DNA of 63,964 nucleotides, filler included, from Octopus bimaculoides (lineage: Eukaryota): NCBI RefSeq assembly GCF_001194135.2. It is 9 parts of 9 records of this genome, joined end to end, with 100 filler letters (N's around TTAATTAATTAA, not from the genome) between each part and the next. Parts side by side here need not be neighbours in the genome. Positions count along the whole stretch, not along the records: positions 54,977 to 58,645 come from NC_068999.1; positions 58,746 to 60,744 come from NW_026370369.1; positions 60,845 to 62,819 come from NW_026382154.1; positions 62,920 to 63,964 come from NC_068984.1; 5 more parts are not named here. One strand, written 5' to 3'. The first letter of the stretch is position 1. The number at the start of each line of letters is the position of its first letter. The notes under the pieces were generated by a model. It saw nothing but the letters and a program-made list of their open reading frames with translations, searched no databases and was not told the origin of the DNA. Positions 55,059 to 63,964 of the stretch are shown here, in pieces. The translations under genes were made by a program, and so were the position numbers.

Positions 55059-58000
55059 TTATTACTATTATGTTCTTTTTTTAAGTAGCTGATCTGGCAG
55101 AAGCGATAGCACGTGGGAGAACATTCTTAGTGGCATTCTGAGTGTTTCCCGTTCGGAGTTCAAAACCGGCGAGATCTTCTAAATTTTCTTCCGATACTTT
55201 ACATTCATAGCTGAAATTTTTGAAAGGGTAGTTGATTGATTTAATCTTCTGAGTGTTCGATTAAATACGCTTGCTATGAAGGACTGTGATCTATGTAGTC
55301 TACTATCCACTTCCCAGAAAATATTTTACTGCATGGAAACATTTGAAATTTTAATTCATTATCCATCGTTTTGTTTTTCATTTTATTTGTGTTCTTATTG
55401 TGGTTCTTGTCTTTCCGACTGATGGACCGGGTTCGACATGATTAATGCTTCAAAGAGATCTACTGTGTCTGCAACATTTCCAGCACTTCCTTAACGGTGA
55501 GCAACTATGGACACCACATGTGATGCATACTTTTCCATCGCTTCTTTCTTTGACAGAGATACACTCGATGATCAAGCATAGATTGAGGAAGGGCTGGGCT
55601 CCTAGAATTATGTAGGAGCCCACCTCATTGACATTTTGTTTTGCTCTGTTCCAAAATGTAAGAGTTTTTTGACAGGAAAAAGTTAAGGTTCACTGAACGG
55701 TGAGAGTTGGTAACAAAATGAAAACTGAGAGCAAGTTGTTCACCCGCGGAGAGTAAGTTTATTGAAAATTTGGTAAAACTGGCCAGGAAAACACGAATGA
55801 GTGACCATGATATGACATAGGTCTTGTAAGATGGACAGAATGTTTGGTAGAATGAGGACTCAAAGTAGTACTGTTGAGCAACTGGTCACTCTAAGTCTTT
55901 CGGTTTCCATAGTTGCTTCTCGCACATTCTCCAGCCTATGAATAATTTTTAAGATTTTCTTGATAACGCTTCTTTCATTTTGTACGATCTATTTTACTCC
56001 AATTTATGTAAATCCCCAATGTCCTTCGTCTATTTATTGTCCTAGTGGTCAATAAACATTTTATTAATATTTTCCATCTTCTAATAATAATATCATTATA
56101 ATAACAAAACTCTTTTCTTCATTAACAAAACGGGCCGAACATACGACGAAATCGGCAGAGAAAAACAAAGGAAATGAGGGACACATTACAAAATCATGTG
56201 CAAAAGTTTAAATAATAATAACAATTAAAAACAATGTTTAAGCAATAAAATTTCCCAAAAGTGTGGTCATCCACAAAGGTTCAACAAAGGAACCCACACA
56301 TTCTCGTCATGCCAATCTCCAAGGCCATCCTAGGCTGCCAAACTTCTCCTGCTCACCTACTCCGCCTCACTGGATCATGTTCAGAGTAAGTCCATTTAAA
56401 AAGGCGAAGGGATGATATTCACGGAGTTTTCGGCCGATGACGGGATCGAACATACATGTCATGAAAGCTGTTATACAAAGCTATTCAAACCAGCCATACT
56501 TGGAGGTTGGCATTCAGAAAGGTCTCAACGCTGTGCATGCATCTGGGTCAGATTTGTCTGAGAGTATTTTAGTGCCTGTAGCATTTGTCTCAAACTGTCA
56601 GAGATTTCCGGTAGCATTACGAGGCCTGGGATTACTGTAAATCACCCAGTCCCAGGAAAGAAAGTCCTGCGGAAAAAAAAAAGTCAATTAATCTCCCCCG
56701 ACTCCCGTTGTTTACCCCGAGGACGTCCTAGTACTTGCCGCCATTAAGATGGAGCTTCCATCGAGGGCACTGCCTGACTGGCAGCGGGCTGGGAGCGGTT
56801 GCTGACATTCCAGGTGCTAAGCTCCCTTTCTCGCTTTACACTTGATGCAGGTCTACAGCTCTGTCAATGAGACGTCTGCTGAACATCTAGTCTCACAAAT
56901 AGCAACCGCACCTGTATATTGCCAAGGAAACACTGGATAATTTTGCTGCCACCTCGCATATCTATGCATCATTAGCCATAGTATGCCCACTCCGTCACTC
57001 AGCGGCAGCTGAAAGTAAACGGAACGTGTGGCGGACAGTACTCGTCCCTTCGACAAAAATCGGAGGCCTACGTGCACCGTTGTGACACACAGTGAAGCAG
57101 GACAAGGGACGCCGGCTATTCGATACAGGATGACGGATGTGATGTACGCATTCTCTGAACGATCAAAGATATATTTCTTTCAGTGTCTTTCTGTGTGAGA
57201 ATGACCACTCCGCTCGTACCCTTCTTCATCCACATAGATATCCGGACCAAAGCAGACCCTAAGCAATCGAAGCGGTCCTCTCGGTTACGTTAGTCTCGAT
57301 TACGGTGACGTTGTCCGCTTTATCTGACGCCATTCATCCATAGCCTAGTTTACGTGGAGGCCCCTCGAAAGATCCATCTTTCGAAACAAGTCAGTACCCA
57401 AGCATAACCACAACACAATGAGTGAAATGGTAAAATATTTCTAAAATATCAAGGATTAAGATTTGGTGATTGCGATGTATCTCATAATATATTATATTAA
57501 GGAAAGTTAGAAAATCGATTCAAAGAAACTCATATGGACCTTTTGACACATAAAGCGAAAACACGACCATGGCATCGCGAATCAGCAAGCGCCTGTAGCG
57601 CCTGTAGCCGACTAGCTAACATGTTATGTAAATATAAAATGTTAGCGGTTTTCATGAAATTTTCTTCGAGAAATTTCGGAAGAATAATGCCCAAGCTTGT
57701 AATGTTGAAATGGCGGATATATTATTAACGCTCAACCTGTACTGTAATTTTCTTCTAACGTGTATTATATTATCGTTCAAAATATTTTGAAACGCACACA
57801 CACACACACACACNNNNNNNNNNNNNNNNNNNNNNNNNNNNNNNNNNNNNNNNNNNNNNNNNNNNNNNNNNNNNNNNNNNNNNNNNNNNNNNNNNNNNNN
57901 NNNNNNNNNNNNNNNNNNNNNNNNNNNNNNNNNNNNNNNNNNNNNNNNNNNNNNNNNNNNNNNNNNNNNNNNNNNNNNNNNNNNNNNNNNNNNNNNNNNN

Positions 58001-61000
58001 NNNNNNNNNNNNNNNNNNNNNNNNNNNNNNNNNNNNNNNNNNNNNNNNNNNNNNNNNNNNNNNNNNNNNNNNNNNNNNNNNNNNNNNNNNNNNNNNNNNN
58101 NNNNNNNNNNNNNNNNNNNNNNNNNNNNNNNNNNNNNNNNNNNNNNNNNNNNNNNNNNNNNNNNNNNNNNNNNNNNNNNNNNNNNNNNNNNNNNNNNNNN
58201 NNNNNNTATATATATGTGTGTGTGTGTGTGTATGTGTGTGTGTGTGTGTGTCTATTTATTTTCGAGTGAAAAATATAAGTATACACCTACGTACTAGGCA
58301 ATGGGTAACCCAGTATATGGTCGTTTGACCTGCCTGCAAATAGAATATACAATTTCCAAAAGCATTACTTCCAGTTATGAAAGGATACGGATTCGTTGAT
58401 CAAAGCACTGAGAGATATCGAATAAGTACAGCTGAAATACCATGGATAGATCATAGGTTTTTTGTAGCCAAGTTTTACTTTAGTAGGGCTCAAAAACAGT
58501 AACAAACACATTCATATATAAGCATCCGAGGTTTACATATGAAATCACTGAATATGCAAATATATGTGTTGTTTTGTTTTGTGCGTGTGGGCTTCTACAT
58601 ATATGATCACACTATATAAATGTGTGTGTATATATATATATATATNNNNNNNNNNNNNNNNNNNNNNNNNNNNNNNNNNNNNNNNNNNNTTAATTAATTA
58701 ANNNNNNNNNNNNNNNNNNNNNNNNNNNNNNNNNNNNNNNNNNNNTTGTTGAGAGGAGCACTTCGTGTCTTATTTAATATACTTGTTAATGCTTCCCTAA
58801 ATTTCCTTGCATTGAGCTATCGAATTTGTGGTCATCTTGTTACCATCCGCAAGACACAAAGTAGGTTATATCCATCACCGCTGAAATATTTCTCTTATAA
58901 TTCCTAAACGAATGACGGTATACTGACAGCAAATCGGTTATGAGAATAACAGAAAAAATTTCATTAAGTAAGAATGTAGCAATAAGTATAGGAATGGACC
59001 TAACTTATTTTAAATACTTCCAGCTTACAGAACACCGAATAAACATAGGAAAGCAATTTATTAAACATTGTCCACAACTGGCTGTCTTATAGAGACAAAT
59101 AGAATACAAAAACGATCGTTGAAACTTGTAACAGTTTTGCGCAGAGAGTAATAAAGCATACTACACAATTTTTTAATAGTTTCTATAGTGAGAACGGGTT
59201 GGAAGTTTGTCAAAATGTTTGCTTTCTTATTCAATGTATCTAAATGAAGATATAGCAATTATGCAACTAAGTTGAGCATTGTATACACACACACACACAN
59301 NNNNNNNNNNNNNNNNNNNNNNNNNNNNNNNNNNNNNNNNNNNNNNNNNNNNNNNNNNNNNNNNNNNNNNNNNNNNNNNNNNNNNNNNNNNNNNNNNNNN
59401 NNNNNNNNNNNNNNNNNNNNNNNNNNNNNNNNNNNNNNNNNNNNNNNNNNNNNNNNNNNNNNNNNNNNNNNNNNNNNNNNNNNNNNNNNNNNNNNNNNNN
59501 NNNNNNNNNNNNNNNNNNNNNNNNNNNNNNNNNNNNNNNNNNNNNNNNNNNNNNNNNNNNNNNNNNNNNNNNNNNNNNNNNNNNNNNNNNNNNNNNNNNN
59601 NNNNNNNNNNNNNNNNNNNNNNNNNNNNNNNNNNNNNNNNNNNNNNNNNNNNNNNNNNNNNNNNNNNNNNNNNNNNNNNNNNNNNNNNNNNNNNNNNNNN
59701 NNNNNNNNNNNNNNNNNNNNNNNNNNNNNNNNNNNNNNNNNNNNNNNNNNNNNNNNNNNNNNNNNNNNNNNNNNNNNNNNNNNNNNNNNNNNNNNNNNNN
59801 NNNNNNNNNNNNNNNNNNNNNNNNNNNNNNNNNNNNNNNNNNNNNNNNNNNNNNNNNNNTATATATATATATATGGGTACATATGTACATCCAAGTTGTC
59901 ACTCTAACGAAGTTAAACAAATATTTACAGATAAAAGTTTTCTTCTAATTTCCTCCAAAATTATGTATATTTTCCAGCCTGGAGTGACAAAAGCTTCTAA
60001 AAGAGATAAATTTTAACATAGAAGCTGCCAGCAAAAACAGAATTAGACGCTATTGATAATAAATTATAGGTTTTTATAGATGATACTCGATAATTTTTCT
60101 TCATTCACCTTCTTGGTAAAAATAAAATTTCGTTCTTATTTAGCTTTTGTTTTTCACTTTTTATTTTTATTATCATTATTATTATTGTTGTTATTACTAT
60201 TATTATTGTTATTATTATCATCATCATCATCATTATTATTATTATTTGTTTGTAGTTTTTTAATATTTTTTGCTTGTAATTATCTATGACGAAATCTAAC
60301 GCTTTCTTCGTCTTTACATCTTTCGCGTCTTCTGCTGCTTACTTTTATCCACCACACATATAAAGACGAATGCAAACAGGCACACACGCACACAGACATA
60401 CGCAAACACACACACACGTAAGCACACACACATGCACATGCACACATACAAGCACTCACACACCTGTATATGTTTGTATGAACGTATGCATGTGCGTGTA
60501 TATGCATAAACAGAAATACATATTCGCTGAAACAATAACGCACATACTGACACTACTTGTACATTACACACACACATGCACTGGCACATACAAACATACA
60601 GACGTATAAGCACACATTCACACACACGCACACATACACACACACACAGAGGCCATCCACGACAACAGTATCAACAACCTGAGTAGAAAATAACTGGCAA
60701 CAAACTGCCGCTAAATGTCAATATATATACACACACACACACACNNNNNNNNNNNNNNNNNNNNNNNNNNNNNNNNNNNNNNNNNNNNTTAATTAATTAA
60801 NNNNNNNNNNNNNNNNNNNNNNNNNNNNNNNNNNNNNNNNNNNNTGTGCGACTCTATACATACTGTTTTCTCCACATCCTTCTCTAATTCCCTTTTTCTC
60901 CTCTTCACCGTTTTCTATCTGTCTCTCTCTCTTCCACTCTCTCTCTTTTCCTTTCTCTCGTTGCTCACACGTGACCATCGTCTATCTTTCTTTTCCTCGC

Positions 61001-61811
61001 GTAATCATCTTTCTTTTCCTCACATAATCATCTTTCTTTTCCTCCAGGTCGTCCTAATGACTGGACGTCTTCTATCTCTCGCTTCTATCTTTTCTCTTTT
61101 CAAAGAAAATATTTCTCTCAGCGTTCGCTATTTTACCTTCGTTCTGGTCTAACTACCCTCCATGTTTGTTTTCGTTTGGTTTCCTTGTATGTCTCCACTG
61201 TCCTGTTTTTGTTCCCAACCTTGACCCTCCATAAATCCAAAATTTTATTTTGGTATTTATAGGAGCAACTGCCTTCGAAGACTCATATTGTCATTGAATG
61301 CTCGAAATGAGGAGTAGATAGACAGCCGACAACTGATGAAGAGTCCTGTTTTCCATTTGTTTCTCTCTTTGTTTGCGTATTGAACTCATTTGTTTTCGTA
61401 TTTCATGTTGTTTACTGTTGGTGACGTCCTGTACCCATATATACTTTATTGAAAAGCAGCAGAAATATCACAAAAACTGTTACTCAGAGTTTCTCGTTCC
61501 CATTCGTCGGACAGTTTTCATCAACTGGAAACGGTGTTTCCTGGGGTTAAATAACAGTAGCATTCTTCCCTTTTATGAGACTGCCACATTAAGTTGGCAA
61601 CAAACTATCACTTTATCGTGCTGCTACTGTATAAATCTCTCTGAGAAATTTAGAAATGCAATATTTCTAATTTTGAAATCTATGTTTTCAAAGGTGAATA
61701 AGCATCGACAGCTAGCAAGCCACTTTTTTGTTGTTTGAGGGGAGGAGTCTAGCCGAATTTTTTTTGCGAAGCCGCCATTTTTGGGTGATAGTGAAACAAT
61801 TGGTGGAAAAA

Positions 61812-62789
61812 ATGAAGAGTTACGCAGAAGCTACTGGAGGTCGAGATGCTATAGACCCACATGTGCTGAAGCTGAAGAGGATGGAGTGGAATGAGGAGAA
61901 GACAGCAAATTATTATGGCATGATAGAAAAAGAAGAGTCAGACATAAAAATGACCGTGCCAGAGGAGAAAAAGAGAAAAGTGGAAAGCAGAACGGTGATA
62001 TTCAGAACATTTTCGAACGAAAATAGGAGAATAGAGCACGCGCCGCAGGAAGGGATACAGGGACTATTGAAGGAACAAATAGGTGAAGGAATAACTTTCT
62101 TTACAAGAGGAAGGAAATACGCATCAGAAGAGGAGGCGAAAATGAACGACAACAGACTGATACTGGGAGAGAAATGGACGTTGGTGTCGAACTATTTGGG
62201 CAAAAGAATCGTAAGGGTCAGGGTGGGAAGAATCCCATCGTCGATAGACCCAGAATGGGTAATAGTCGCAATATTTAATTCAGAGCTGGTGAAGGGAAGT
62301 GAAAACCTGAACATTTGCATAGTAAGCGGAACTCAACAATTGAATTATGGGGGATATGGTATTGAAGTAATTTGCGCAGTAAGACCAAAGTATTACGACG
62401 AAATGGCGGAAACTGTAGAATTACCTATCGGTGAAAAACTGGAAGTAATGATGGAGGAGAGACCCCCAAAATATTACGGATGTGGTGAAAGAGGGCACCT
62501 GAGAAGGAAATGCCCTAGAGCAGCAGTTGAAATGGTGGAAGAGAGTGTACAGGAAGATACAGTGGTGGAAAAAACGCAGAAGCAGAGAACAGAATATGAC
62601 GGGAATTTGGTGGAGGTAAAACCCAGGAAAAGAGAGAGAAGAAAGTCATCAATGTCAGTGGAATTGAAGAAATGTAAAAGAATGGAAGAAGAAACTGAAC
62701 CCACGACAAGAAACGGAGAAAATTTACCAGTGGGAGTACCAGCAAAGGACAGAGTCCTTTACTGGGACTTTATTGGGACTGCCACATGA
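61812..62789 (+). mobile_element. Non-LTR retrotransposon ORF1-like (gag-like) open reading frame, 325 aa from ATG 61812
   Basis: MKSYAEA N-terminal motif, RRM-like middle region, zinc knuckle PPK-YYGCGERGHLRRKC (CX2CX4HX4C with first Cys changed to Tyr), basic/acidic tail; typical of L1/Tx1-like ORF1p. No ORF2 seen before the gap at 62820. Confidence 0.7.
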
Positions 62790-63964
62790 AGTTGGCAAGA
62801 AACCATCACTTTATATATANNNNNNNNNNNNNNNNNNNNNNNNNNNNNNNNNNNNNNNNNNNNTTAATTAATTAANNNNNNNNNNNNNNNNNNNNNNNNN
62901 NNNNNNNNNNNNNNNNNNNGAGGAATCCATGTCTATTCTGTGGACTAACGAAAAGATACTTAATAGAATTTCTGAAAGACTATCGAGATGCCTACACGCA
63001 TATAAATGTACTTTCGCACAATGCAGTGAGAATGAATTTTGAGTAACCGTTAACTTAGTGTAATTTTATTTTATTTTACTTTAAGGTAACGATGACTTGA
63101 TTTTAGTTTAAACCTCCCCGTTCTTCTAAACACCTACTAAATATCTAACTCGCTTTGTAATCATGAGTGCGCCTAACCTCGCGTGTGCGTATGCTCACAT
63201 TTTTGCGTGTGTACTCGTGCCATGCAGCTTGCCCGAGGGCGTTTATACATACATATCTGTTAACGGCTATTTTCAATAATTTTCTCGCTGGATTGTGTTC
63301 GTTTCTCTTGTTGTCTTCTGCAATTTTATTTTTAGATATTCTATATATATGAAGAATTTTCCTCCATCTGGCTGTTCTCTCTACAAAACGGAAAGTTGCA
63401 TAATGGAACAATCATTTTAACGATTTTTTATTTATTTATCACCCGACGAGATACGTCTGCACAACCGGATACTCCTGTACCAGTTTTTGTGTGTCCCACA
63501 AGAGGAGTCGATGCTAGATGTGTCGAAACAATTGTTGTGATTAAGAATAAATTCTCGTATATTCCATCTGTCTTTCATTTATGTACACATTTGACCTCTG
63601 CTGATCTCAAGGGTGTGAGGCCTCTTTTGTCTCCTTATCGCACTGGAATGCCCATTGCTGATCTCCTTACCATCTGCCGAATGTATTTACAGACCTGTAG
63701 AATTTGGTCTGTTCACCAAGCTGCTTTACTTCCTACTACTACTTCCTTCAAACCTCACATATTTATGATTATCTCAAGTACAAGACAAAAATTGAAACTA
63801 AAAAAAAAACATTTAATAATACCTTTTAATAATAAATGGAAATAATAAGAAATATGATAATGATGATGGTGATAATGACAATAATAATAATAATTTAGCC
63901 AAAACTCATGTCGGATCAGAGGAAATATTAACAGTGACAAATAGTAAAAATGTGAAAATAAAAA

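Noticed and set aside
55596-55621. 9-bp perfect hairpin gggctccta/taggagccc
   Set aside because: No downstream CTRR Helitron end; expected by chance at this window size.

Overview
Eukaryotic (metazoan) genomic DNA, not prokaryotic: AT-rich, saturated with (TA)n/(CA)n/(GA)n/(TTA)n microsatellites, short-read assembly gaps and decayed transposons. The SINE families look like those I recall from Octopus, so a cephalopod source is likely (inference). Eight gaps carry an artificial six-frame-stop spacer (44N-TTAATTAATTAA-44N). The one host gene I can identify is the 3' end of a fuzzy (FUZ, CPLANE) homolog on the + strand: exons 27612-27744 and 29062-29119 splice in frame to the FUZ-like C-terminus. 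Further orphan exon candidates lie on the - strand. Mobile DNA includes four SINE-type families, R4/Dong-like and HERO-like RLE LINE relics, an RTE fragment, three Penelope-like fragments (one followed by a minimal hammerhead ribozyme core at 31076-31117), Tc1, mariner, Tigger-like, hAT (Charlie/Buster-like), Chapaev-like, Gypsy and Helitron/Helentron-like relics, and an open 325-aa LINE ORF1 bracketed by 37-bp direct repeats. No CRISPR, rRNA or genuine tRNA gene is seen. I found no demonstrably new biological system. The best leads are the hammerhead, the ORF1-only element, Dong 3' ends abutting (TTA)n tails, and a regional CpG-decay mosaic readable from SINE copies. All family assignments rest on remembered motifs; no database search was run.
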